DNA of 58,347 bases from an uncultured bacterium (lineage in GTDB: Bacteria > Hydrothermota > Tepidihabitantia > Tepidihabitantales > JBDRVQ01): contig CAYRLZ010000060.1 in NCBI GenBank assembly GCA_964425275.1, positions 1-58,347 on the forward strand. The letters are read 5' to 3'. The notes beneath the pieces were generated by a model that saw only the letters and a list, made by a program, of their open reading frames with translations, made no database searches and was not told where the DNA came from. This document shows, one piece after another, positions 46,392 through 54,694 of this stretch (position 1 is the stretch's first letter; each line of letters begins with the position of its first letter). Both the position numbers and the translations under genes were made by a program.

Positions 46392-47588
46392 ATGCGACGG
46401 ATAAAACTTGGTAAGCGATTTATCATTATCTACTTTGTGTTTGGTTCCTGTCTTTTGGCAATTTTCTGGTTTTTCTTCTCCGCCCAGCTGCTAAAAAGAT
46501 TAGCGGAGGAGACTGAGGTCCGCTCCCGAATTTTTGCCAAGTATATGTCCCGAATCACAGAGGCGATGGAGGCCAGTTCCACGGAATTGGATATAATCTT
46601 TGAAGAGGTGATTAAGAAGATTGACTTTCCCTTAATGCTCACCGATGACCAGGGCAATATTGTGAGTTACCGGAATTTGGGCAAAAATCTCTCGCTCAAG
46701 GATTTACAGAGGATAAAAGAACGATTGGGGCGAAGGCAAAAGCCAATCCCCCTTACCTTTGTTAGCGAAGAAGGCGAGCAGTTTTTGGGTGAGATATATT
46801 ATGGGCAATCAAAGACCGCCCAGTTTGTTTCACTTTTTCCTTATCTCCAGATTTTCTTTCTCGTCGTCTTTCTACTAATTGGCGGGTGGGCAATCGTCGT
46901 TTATAAAAGACGGGAAGAAGAGAAGTTGTGGACATTTTTAGCCAAGGAGACCGCGCACCAATTGGCGACCCCCCTCTCTTCTTTTTCCGGCTGGCTGGTA
47001 AATCTCCAGTCCACTAATCCGCAAATTGTCAAGGAGATGGAGGCGGATATTGAACGAATGAGCCGGGTATTAGAAAGATTCTCCCGCATCGGACAGACAC
47101 CTAAATTATCCCCCTGTTCAATCAAAGAGGTGATTGAAGAGACCTATCATTTTATCCAACGAAGAACACCCCAGAATATCAATATGGTTCTCAATATTAA
47201 GGAGGATGCCTCACTTCTCCTGGATGAAGTCTTATTATCCTGGAGTTTAGAGAATCTCTTAAAAAATAGTATTGATGCCATCGGCCAAAAACCCGGGGCG
47301 ATTATCTTAAACGCCCAAAAGGAGCCGGGCGGCCGATATTATAAAATTTCTATAACCGATACCGGTGAAGGAATATCCCACAAGAAAAAGAAGGAGATAT
47401 TTTCCCCAGGGATAACAACTAAGAAATATGGCTGGGGTGTTGGTTTGCCCCTGGCGAAAAGAATTGTTGAGGAATACCATAAAGGAAAATTGGTTTTGGT
47501 TGAATCAAAAAAGGGGAAGACAATTTTTTCTATCCTTTTACCCTTAGGAGGTATTGAACGGAAAAATTATGCGGGTCCTCTGGATTGA
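46392..47588 (+). CDS. Membrane sensor histidine kinase (PorY-like by context)
   Basis: Two TM segments flank an approximately 110-aa loop. H box ETAHQLATPL, N box LKNSIDA, G boxes DTGEG and GWGVGL. Confidence 0.85.
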   Translation: MRRIKLGKRFIIIYFVFGSCLLAIFWFFFSAQLLKRLAEETEVRSRIFAKYMSRITEAMEASSTELDIIFEEVIKKIDFPLMLTDDQGNIVSYRNLGKNLSLKDLQRIKERLGRRQKPIPLTFVSEEGEQFLGEIYYGQSKTAQFVSLFPYLQIFFLVVFLLIGGWAIVVYKRREEEKLWTFLAKETAHQLATPLSSFSGWLVNLQSTNPQIVKEMEADIERMSRVLERFSRIGQTPKLSPCSIKEVIEETYHFIQRRTPQNINMVLNIKEDASLLLDEVLLSWSLENLLKNSIDAIGQKPGAIILNAQKEPGGRYYKISITDTGEGISHKKKKEIFSPGITTKKYGWGVGLPLAKRIVEEYHKGKLVLVESKKGKTIFSILLPLGGIERKNYAGPLD

Positions 47589-49080
47589 TGATGAGATTGA
47601 ATTACTGAACCCCTATATCTATCTCTTAAAGGAGAGGGGCTACGAGGTGGATACGGCGGCTAATGGTCCGGATGGCTTGCGGCTCGTTACGACCAAAGGC
47701 TATGATTTGATATTCGTTGACCAGATGATGCCCGGGGTAGAAGGCCTGGCGGTGGTGGAGGCAATTAAAGGCTTTGACCCTTCCGCGGTGATTGTGATGG
47801 TGACAAAATTGGGTGAAGAGGAACTGATGGAGGAGGCTTATTCTAAATTAGTGGACGATTTCATCGTCAAGCCTTTCTCTCCTCATCAGATAATCTCGGT
47901 GGTGAAGCGATTATTAGAGAAGAGAAAGATTATTACTGAAAAGTTGACCCGAGACTATCTTGCGTTCCTGCGGGAGGAGAGGAATTTTAATTCCTTTACC
48001 GAATGGCGTGATTATTACCTCCGATTGATCCGTTGGCGATTTCTCATTGAAAGATTTGGCGAAGAGAGTTTAAAAGAGACCCTAGGTGATATTCAGCGAC
48101 AGGCGAATGATGACTTTGCTTGCTTTGTGGAGGAGATTTATCCCTCCTGGTTGGAGGGAAAAGAAGAGCCACCGCTTTTATCCCATAAGGTCTTTGGTAA
48201 TCTTTTGGCACCTTATCTTCGAGAAAAACCGTTATACTTCTTTATCTTTGATTCAATGCGGCTTGACCAGTGGTATCTTTTAGTTCCCCTCCTAAAAGAA
48301 TACTTCAATATCCGACAATTTTACTATCTATCAATCTTACCTTCGGCGACGCCCTATTCCCGCAATGCCTTGCTCTCCGGACTTTTGCCCTTAGAAATTC
48401 ATACCCGATATCCTAATCTCTGGGTTTTTGATGAGATGGGACAGAACCGTTACGAGAAAGAACTCCTCGCCAAACTTTTGGCCCAAGAGAAAATTGGTGG
48501 CCCTTGGTTTTATTTGAAGGCGACGAAGAGTGAAGATATTGAAGAACAGAGGGGAATGCTCTTACGGAAGGATGTCCGATTTGCCTGTATCGTAGTAAAT
48601 TTTCTTGACTTTCTTCTCCATGCGGCCAGACCGGCTAAGCCGCTGGAGGATATTTTGGAAAACGAAAGTTCTTTCTTACAACTGACCCGAACCTGGTTTG
48701 CCAATTCACCCTTCTTTGAATTTATCAAGGAATTGGCGAATCAGGACTGCCGGGTGATAATTACTACTGACCATGGTTTCATCAAGGTCAAAAGACCAAC
48801 CATCATCTTTGGTGATATGGAAATATCATCCAATCTCCGATACAAACATGGCTCGGCTTTAAGGACAGAGGGGCGAAATGCCCTGCTCGTTTTTCCGGAG
48901 AGGCTTGGATTACCCAAGGCCAGCCCAGATGAGAAGATGGCGATTGCCAAATCCGATTTTTATTTCATCTACCCGACAAAACCGACTCAATACGAAAGGA
49001 CCTATAAATTTACCTACCAGCACGGTGGTATATCTCTGGAGGAGATGATTCTGCCTTTGGGGATCTTAGAGAAGCGGTGA
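47569..49080 (+). CDS. porX: Response regulator with CheY receiver and PglZ/alkaline-phosphatase-superfamily domain (PorX-like)
   Basis: Start at ATG 47569 (MRVLWIDDE). Receiver Asp in IFVDQMMPG. C-terminal PglZ-like blocks (FFIFDSMRLDQW, ITTDHGF). Confidence 0.75.
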   Translation: MRVLWIDDEIELLNPYIYLLKERGYEVDTAANGPDGLRLVTTKGYDLIFVDQMMPGVEGLAVVEAIKGFDPSAVIVMVTKLGEEELMEEAYSKLVDDFIVKPFSPHQIISVVKRLLEKRKIITEKLTRDYLAFLREERNFNSFTEWRDYYLRLIRWRFLIERFGEESLKETLGDIQRQANDDFACFVEEIYPSWLEGKEEPPLLSHKVFGNLLAPYLREKPLYFFIFDSMRLDQWYLLVPLLKEYFNIRQFYYLSILPSATPYSRNALLSGLLPLEIHTRYPNLWVFDEMGQNRYEKELLAKLLAQEKIGGPWFYLKATKSEDIEEQRGMLLRKDVRFACIVVNFLDFLLHAARPAKPLEDILENESSFLQLTRTWFANSPFFEFIKELANQDCRVIITTDHGFIKVKRPTIIFGDMEISSNLRYKHGSALRTEGRNALLVFPERLGLPKASPDEKMAIAKSDFYFIYPTKPTQYERTYKFTYQHGGISLEEMILPLGILEKR

Positions 49081-50129
49081 TGCGTTTTATTGAATTGCCA
49101 TTGATGTCTTTGGAGATGAAGCCCGGGCTGGTTCGTTTTACCACACCGCTGATTATCGAACCGAAGGGTCTAAAATCCCTGGCGGAAGATTTCTTTAATC
49201 TATTTAAGGAGAAGATTTATCCCGAGGCAAAAAAACTTGGCGCGCCCAAGAAGGAGGCAAATGCCGATACCTTCCCTATCTATTTAACCAATCGGGAAAT
49301 TGCCTACCTAAATTTTGTCTATGATATCGACCACACCCGATTATCCTTTGAGACCCCTAAAAAAGAACTCACCGAGCCTTTATTCCGGCTTTTGCGGGAA
49401 CAGCGAATAATCAAACCGGACTTAGAGTATATTCGGGAGAAGGTCTTCGGTGGACTACGGGAGGTGGTGGCCGCTTTACTCTGGCAGGTCGGGGCGATAA
49501 AGGTTAGTCTCGGTGATATCAGACCATTCTTTAAGGTTGACGAGCGGAAAAACCAGAGCCCAATTTATATTGATGTGAAGTGCTTGCCTAACTTTCCTCT
49601 GGTCTTTGATTTTTTAATCAGCCAGTCGGCCTTAATCCTCCAACACTACGATTTTGACCTCATCTGTGGGATTGAAGCCGGCAGTATCGCCTTTGCCACT
49701 GCCCTGGCTCAGAAGTTTAACCGACCAAGTTTCTTTGCCCGTCGGGAGCGACGTTACCCTGAGGCATCACTCTTGGAAGGGATAAAAGACCACGAGATTT
49801 TTAAGAAAAAGGTTTTGCTCTTTGATGATACGATTGTTAAGGGCTGGACAAAGCGGCGCGTGGTTGAAGCCCTGCGGCAAAAGGGGGCAATCTGTGAATA
49901 TACCTTTGTCATCTTTGACCGTCTGCAAGGAGGGAAGGAAGACCTTTTGGCCTTAGACTGTCAGTTACTCTCTTTAACCGACCGTGATGCCCTCCTTTCC
50001 AAAAGGATTCCGAAGGCCATCACTTTACTTACAGAAATGGAATATAAGGAAATTCTGGAATACTTCGCTGACCCAAAGAAGTGGCATAATAAAAAAGGTT
50101 TCCCTTATTTTGAGTTGAAACCAAAGTAA
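49077..50129 (+). CDS. Type I phosphoribosyltransferase (orotate-PRTase-like) with an unassigned N-terminal extension of about 125 aa
   Basis: PRPP motif VLLFDDTIVKGWT. PyrE-like SPIYIDVKCL block. The start overlaps the porX-like stop (ATGA-type overlap: ATG 49077-49079, TGA 49078-49080). Confidence 0.7.
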   Translation: MMRFIELPLMSLEMKPGLVRFTTPLIIEPKGLKSLAEDFFNLFKEKIYPEAKKLGAPKKEANADTFPIYLTNREIAYLNFVYDIDHTRLSFETPKKELTEPLFRLLREQRIIKPDLEYIREKVFGGLREVVAALLWQVGAIKVSLGDIRPFFKVDERKNQSPIYIDVKCLPNFPLVFDFLISQSALILQHYDFDLICGIEAGSIAFATALAQKFNRPSFFARRERRYPEASLLEGIKDHEIFKKKVLLFDDTIVKGWTKRRVVEALRQKGAICEYTFVIFDRLQGGKEDLLALDCQLLSLTDRDALLSKRIPKAITLLTEMEYKEILEYFADPKKWHNKKGFPYFELKPK

Positions 50130-50159
50130 AAAATTAAACACTTATCTCTTTACTTCCTC

Positions 50160-50375
50160 CTAATCAATTAGGTAGAGAATTAGACTCGGAATTAGACTAT
50201 CAATTAGACCGAGAATTAGACAGAGGATTAGCCACAGGAGTACTTCTTCCATTAGTTAGAGAATTAGGATGGCGATTAGACACTTAATTAGCCTTTCGGT
50301 TAGAAAAAGAATTAGTTAGAGAATTAGCCGCTCAATTAGTATCTGGATTAGGCGGAGAATTACACCGAGAATTAA
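50160..50375 (-). repeat. Array A4: 18 phased 12-nt units with core CTAATT
   Basis: ATTAG or a variant occurs on the plus strand at 50167 + 12n. It contains the same core-less unit CTAACCGAAAGG followed by CTAATTAAGTGT as A3. Confidence 0.9.
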
Positions 50376-50450
50376 ACCCGGAAGGCGACCCAGAGGGCAA
50401 CCCCCTATCTTTTTAAAAAATCCCATAAGTTCTGTTAAATCAAAGGCTTA
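50376..50450 (-). other. A4 head: conserved block plus AAGATAGGGGGT, TGCCCTCTGGGT and CGCCTTCCGGGT
   Basis: See the A3 head. The minus-strand reading is TAAGCCTTTGATTTAACAGAACTTATGGGATTTTTTAAAAAGATAGGGGGTTGCCCTCTGGGTCGCCTTCCGGGT. Confidence 0.6.
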
Positions 50451-50471
50451 TACCAAAAAAGGGTATTTGGA

Positions 50472-50507
50472 AACCGGAAGTATATTTCTGGAAGTATACT
50501 TCTGGTT
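50472..50507 (-). terminator. Long hairpin between the lnt-C25 gene and the A4 head; possible terminator
   Basis: AACCGGAAGTATA / TATACTTCTGGTT arms (one G-T pair) with a 10-nt loop. On the minus strand a T6 run follows only after 12 nt, so this is not canonical. Confidence 0.3.
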
Positions 50508-50685
50508 AATTTTGCAACAGGTGATAATTTACTGGCTATAAATTTGGCTCTTCATAACTTCCCGGGAGGAGACCTTTGAAAAAGGCCTGATGATAGCGAT
50601 AAAAGCAAGATGGACATATCGTTAATAGAGGGGTTAAGACTTTTTCACTGTTGACAAAATCTCTTTCCGGGTAATCTTGGGTGGG

Positions 50686-53600
50686 TTATTTTATCAAAAT
50701 CACCTTTCGGGAGATAGAGAAATCCTTGGTCTGTAAAGAGAAGAAATAGATACCGGGTGGTAGGCTTCTTTTTCTCTGGTCTTTGCCATCCCATGTTGCC
50801 GTATAAATGCCCGGCTCTTTCACACCCCTGGTTATTGGCCGAACCAAACGACCGGTAATATCATAGATGTTTAATGATAGCCACTGTCGGTTGGGGATTT
50901 GGTACCGGATATTTGTCCTTTGCCGAAATGGATTGGAGTAAGTCAAACTGAATAACGGGCTTTCATAGGGGAGATAATTAGGTGCGGTCACGGTTATGAT
51001 GATTTCGTCCCTTTCTTCTCCGTTGATTGGGAATTTTATCTGCCCATCTTTATCGGTAGTGCCGTAATAGTAGAAATCCGGTGAGAGGGGTTTTGTTAGA
51101 CAGACCAATGCCTTTGGGATTGGTTGGCCGGTGATACTATCCTTTACCTCAACGACAAAAATCTGGGAACCCAAAAATTTATGAGAAACAACCATCGGTT
51201 TTGGGACCTTGGTCCAGATATTCAGTTCCGGGTCACCTAAAAGGCTCCACTCCCGATAGAAATATTCGTTAGCGTCTCCGGAATAGGGAGGAGAGGCGAT
51301 GCTATCCTTGCCTCTTAGAAATGCCTTCCCCAAAATTAAATTATCATTAACCATAACCGTCCGGAGGAAGGTTCGGACGAACCGACCGCGCCAGCGGCCA
51401 AAGCCGCCACCGAGCTGGGTTCCGAAAAAGGCCACGGCACCCTTTAAGTCTTCTCCTCCCCCTTTCACCCGCAGCCACCGCTCACCAACCGTGTTTTCAC
51501 TCTTAAAGATTGTATGGCAGGAACCAGAGATAATTATTGGCAATTTATAACCATTCTGTAACCTTTCGTCCTCCGGCTCAACCGTGAAGGGATAGGCCCA
51601 GTTGCCTGAGGCATGCCCCCGATAGAGAACGAGACTGCTTCCTTCATTTAAGGAGGCGATTATATCATCGGCATCGTCATATCCTTGATGACCAAAGAGT
51701 GTGTCGTTAAAGATTGTGTCAACCTTTGAATAGCGGAGACGGAGGATTGAATCATCATAAGGGAACTCCTCGCTATAAATTGGGTTAGCCGGTCGGCCGC
51801 CAAAGTCCCACATAAATATCAGCGTCGCCCTTTTATACCAGAGGGTATCTTCTCTTTTTGGGAAGCGCTCATAGGTTAAAATCTTTTGCACCATCGTCTG
51901 ACATTCGTCAACATTCCGACAGGGAAGTCGTCCGACCGGTATCTCCGCCCGGTAATCGCCTTCCATATCACCATAAAAATTGTCGCCCAATAAGAGTTGG
52001 TAAGAGTAATAAAGGGAGTCCCCGGGTGGGATATAATTTTTATCCCCAACCAGAAGGAGATACTCCGGACCGATAGATTTTATAATCCTCTTTATTGAAT
52101 CCGGCGAGGCACGATAAGGAACCTTTACAATCTCGGCCTTTACCCCTTTCTTGGTCTTCCACTCTTTTAATGGCTGGAGGGCATCAAAAAACTTCTCATT
52201 AGTGATTATAAGATAACGGCAATCAGTAGCGCCATTGACGATTACCGCACTAAATACAAAAATTAAAAGTCCAACCGACTTCCTCCGATGCAAGCTACCG
52301 CCGGCCATTCTCAGAATGAGAATGATTATTGAAAGATAGATAAACCAATCACCAAATCGCAAATAGAAAGTAGAGGGTAATGGTTTCGGAAGATTTCCGT
52401 AAAGAACCATTTCGGTAAAGAGGGGGGTCTTTTTAATCACCTCACCATAAGGAGAGACGATTAAAGAAATTCCATTATTCGCCGAGCGCAGAAGTGGTTT
52501 CCCCAATTCCACACTCCTCATTACCGCTAACTCGCAATGCTGATAAGGTCCGGGTGTCTTACCAAACCAACCGTCATTGGTAATATTTACCAGAAGGTCG
52601 GCTCCCCTTAAAACAAATTCCCGGGTTAAATCCGGAAAAATTGACTCAAAACAGATAAGGCAACTGGCTTTAGCCAAAGGGGTGGAAAAGACGGTGAATT
52701 CCTTTCCTGGGGTAAAATTTCCCATATCCGCGGTAGCAAAGGGCTTAAAAATTGGGAACTTGTCAATGTAAGGAATCCTTTCGGAGAAAGGGACCGGATG
52801 AATCTTCTTATAAATTCCGGTAATGCCATTTTCCGGGTCAATCAAAACCGCGCCGTTAAAGTAAGCGTTATCCTCATAGATTGGTGTTCCGATTAAGATA
52901 TAGACCCCGTAAGTCTGGCTAATTCTTAAAAACTCATCTTTTAGCCAAATCTCTTTGGTCAAATCAAATAAGGAGGCGGTCTCCGGATAGATTAAAAGGA
53001 AAGGCTTTTCTTTTATCGCCTCTTGAGTCAATTGGAGTAAAGAGCGGATATTCTCTTCTATCGTGCTTCTATCCCCCTTCTCATTCGGGCTGACATTGGG
53101 CTGAATGATTGCCACCTTAAAATTATTCTCTACCCCTTTCATTCGCAAAAGACCATAGGAAAGAGGAATGAGAAAGGTGAGGATTAAAGTTATCGCCCAT
53201 CTTTTCTTTCTGGTAAAGAGTAATTGATAGATTATAAGATTTAAAAAAACGACAAAGGCGGAAAGACCATAGACACCGGTGATGGAGGCGAATTGGATTA
53301 AGGGCAAATAAGGGGTCTGGGTATAACCCAAAAGACCCCAGGGAAAGCCAATCTCTGACTTTGTGCGGATAAACTCAAGGAGTGCCCAGAGCAAAGGGGC
53401 GATAAATAATCCGAACTTCTTCACCCCCAAACCAAAGACCAATCCGTAGAGACCAAAATAACCAAAGAGGACGAAAACTCCAAGGTAGAGAAGAAATTTC
53501 GTCTTCTCCAAAACCGGCACGACCAAAAAATAAAGCCACCAGAGATGAAAAAGGGCAAAGAGGAAAAAGAAGAGGAAGGAATAAAAGAGTGCCTTTTTGA

Positions 53601-53733
53601 GCGATGACTTTGTAATCAAATAAAAGAGCGGGACTAAGGAGAAGTAGGCGAGGAAGCGGAAGGGAAAAGGGGAAAAGGCAAGGTTTAAGGCGAAGGGCGA
53701 GAGAAAGAAAAGAACTTTCCCAAACTTACCCAT
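50686..53733 (-). CDS. lnt: In-frame fusion of apolipoprotein N-acyltransferase (Lnt), C25 gingipain-like cysteine peptidase and T9SS CTD
   Basis: Residues 1-475 hold 8 TM segments and a CN-hydrolase domain (IYPETA, CLICFES, NITNDGWF). From Met476 (nt 52308) there is a signal-peptide-like segment, then C25 blocks (YLLLVGD..IP, VGRLP, YRGHASGNW, IIISGSCHT). The C-terminal CTD contains NIYDITGRLV...PGIYFFSL. Confidence 0.8.
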   Translation of the reverse strand: MGKFGKVLFFLSPFALNLAFSPFPFRFLAYFSLVPLFYLITKSSLKKALFYSFLFFFLFALFHLWWLYFLVVPVLEKTKFLLYLGVFVLFGYFGLYGLVFGLGVKKFGLFIAPLLWALLEFIRTKSEIGFPWGLLGYTQTPYLPLIQFASITGVYGLSAFVVFLNLIIYQLLFTRKKRWAITLILTFLIPLSYGLLRMKGVENNFKVAIIQPNVSPNEKGDRSTIEENIRSLLQLTQEAIKEKPFLLIYPETASLFDLTKEIWLKDEFLRISQTYGVYILIGTPIYEDNAYFNGAVLIDPENGITGIYKKIHPVPFSERIPYIDKFPIFKPFATADMGNFTPGKEFTVFSTPLAKASCLICFESIFPDLTREFVLRGADLLVNITNDGWFGKTPGPYQHCELAVMRSVELGKPLLRSANNGISLIVSPYGEVIKKTPLFTEMVLYGNLPKPLPSTFYLRFGDWFIYLSIIILILRMAGGSLHRRKSVGLLIFVFSAVIVNGATDCRYLIITNEKFFDALQPLKEWKTKKGVKAEIVKVPYRASPDSIKRIIKSIGPEYLLLVGDKNYIPPGDSLYYSYQLLLGDNFYGDMEGDYRAEIPVGRLPCRNVDECQTMVQKILTYERFPKREDTLWYKRATLIFMWDFGGRPANPIYSEEFPYDDSILRLRYSKVDTIFNDTLFGHQGYDDADDIIASLNEGSSLVLYRGHASGNWAYPFTVEPEDERLQNGYKLPIIISGSCHTIFKSENTVGERWLRVKGGGEDLKGAVAFFGTQLGGGFGRWRGRFVRTFLRTVMVNDNLILGKAFLRGKDSIASPPYSGDANEYFYREWSLLGDPELNIWTKVPKPMVVSHKFLGSQIFVVEVKDSITGQPIPKALVCLTKPLSPDFYYYGTTDKDGQIKFPINGEERDEIIITVTAPNYLPYESPLFSLTYSNPFRQRTNIRYQIPNRQWLSLNIYDITGRLVRPITRGVKEPGIYTATWDGKDQRKRSLPPGIYFFSLQTKDFSISRKVILIK

Positions 53734-53781
53734 CTTTAATTATAACAGAAAATTGAGAAAAAGGAAGAGAAAATTTCCTTC

Positions 53782-53943
53782 TTAAAAATTTTTGCCTTTT
53801 TCACCATAATATTCCTTTATCTTTTGGGTCAAGCCGTTTGCTAATTCTTTATAAGGAGTGGCTTGTTGAGTCTTAAAATATCTAATCAGAAGTTTTAAGG
53901 TAGAGCCATCTCGGAACACTGCTTTTATGCTCCTTCTTCCCAT
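53782..53943 (-). CDS. Possible 53-codon ORF overlapping the 3' end of the candidate endonuclease gene
   Basis: Not in the track (under 60 aa). Sequence: MGRRSIKAVFRDGSTLKLLIRYFKTQQATPYKELANGLTQKIKEYYGEKGKNF. No SD seen. Confidence 0.2.
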   Translation of the reverse strand: MGRRSIKAVFRDGSTLKLLIRYFKTQQATPYKELANGLTQKIKEYYGEKGKNF

Positions 53944-54665
53944 AACTTCTCGTTATCCAAAATTTTCCTCCAAGTTCTTAATTCTAAATCTTTCACTTCT
54001 TCAAAACTTTTTTCCGGTGTCGCGTCAAAATTAATTTCTGGTAAGCCTGGTAAATTTTCTTTCCACTTTTTAAACCAAGAGAGGATATTATTCCATATCT
54101 CAGGATGCTTTAAATATTTAAATAATTCTTCGCCATAAAAAAGATGGAGTTTAACGCCGTAGAATTTTTCGAGTCTTTTAAGTTGCTGAAGATAATAATT
54201 TTCATTTTTAGAAAGGCCGGGGTCTATAAAATACATAAAACCTACTAATTGTGAGCCGTGTCTTTTATGTAAAATTTCAATCTTCGTTTCAAAATTAGAT
54301 ATCTGCCCTTGCTTTTTAGTAGAATCATGGTCGTCTCTTACCTTTTGCTCAACGAAATAATATATGCGTCCATCCGTAAAATACTGGTCTAATGCTAATG
54401 TTTCGCCACTTTCGTTTACTATACTTTTAGATAAAATTCTAAAGCCAAGGGATTTCAGGATTTCTTCTATTATTTCTTCAAGGGCGTCTCCCATTCGTAT
54501 TTCATGAGATTGAAGAAGGTGTTGTAAAATTTTTGCTCCTGGTTTTGTTGGTCTAAATAAACCGATAAAACGTTCTGGGTTCTCCGCAATTCGCCGCAAA
54601 AGTTCTTTTTTCTCACCTTCAAATATATGTTTGTTCAAAATCGAAGAAAATGCCTTGTAATTCAT
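53925..54665 (-). CDS. Candidate type II restriction endonuclease (PD-(D/E)xK-like)
   Basis: Contains D93...E106-x-K108 (LALDQYF...YYFVEQKVRDD). It is the last gene of a methyltransferase operon. Confidence 0.45.
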   Translation of the reverse strand: MNYKAFSSILNKHIFEGEKKELLRRIAENPERFIGLFRPTKPGAKILQHLLQSHEIRMGDALEEIIEEILKSLGFRILSKSIVNESGETLALDQYFTDGRIYYFVEQKVRDDHDSTKKQGQISNFETKIEILHKRHGSQLVGFMYFIDPGLSKNENYYLQQLKRLEKFYGVKLHLFYGEELFKYLKHPEIWNNILSWFKKWKENLPGLPEINFDATPEKSFEEVKDLELRTWRKILDNEKLWEEGA

Positions 54666-54694
54666 TCGTTCCTCCTGACTTCACATAGTCTTAA

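Noticed and set aside
50651-50680. TTGACA-15 nt-TAATCT promoter-like sequence on the plus strand.
   Set aside because: The spacer is short and the -10 is poor. It points into the 3' end of the convergent lnt-C25 gene, and there is no downstream plus-strand gene.
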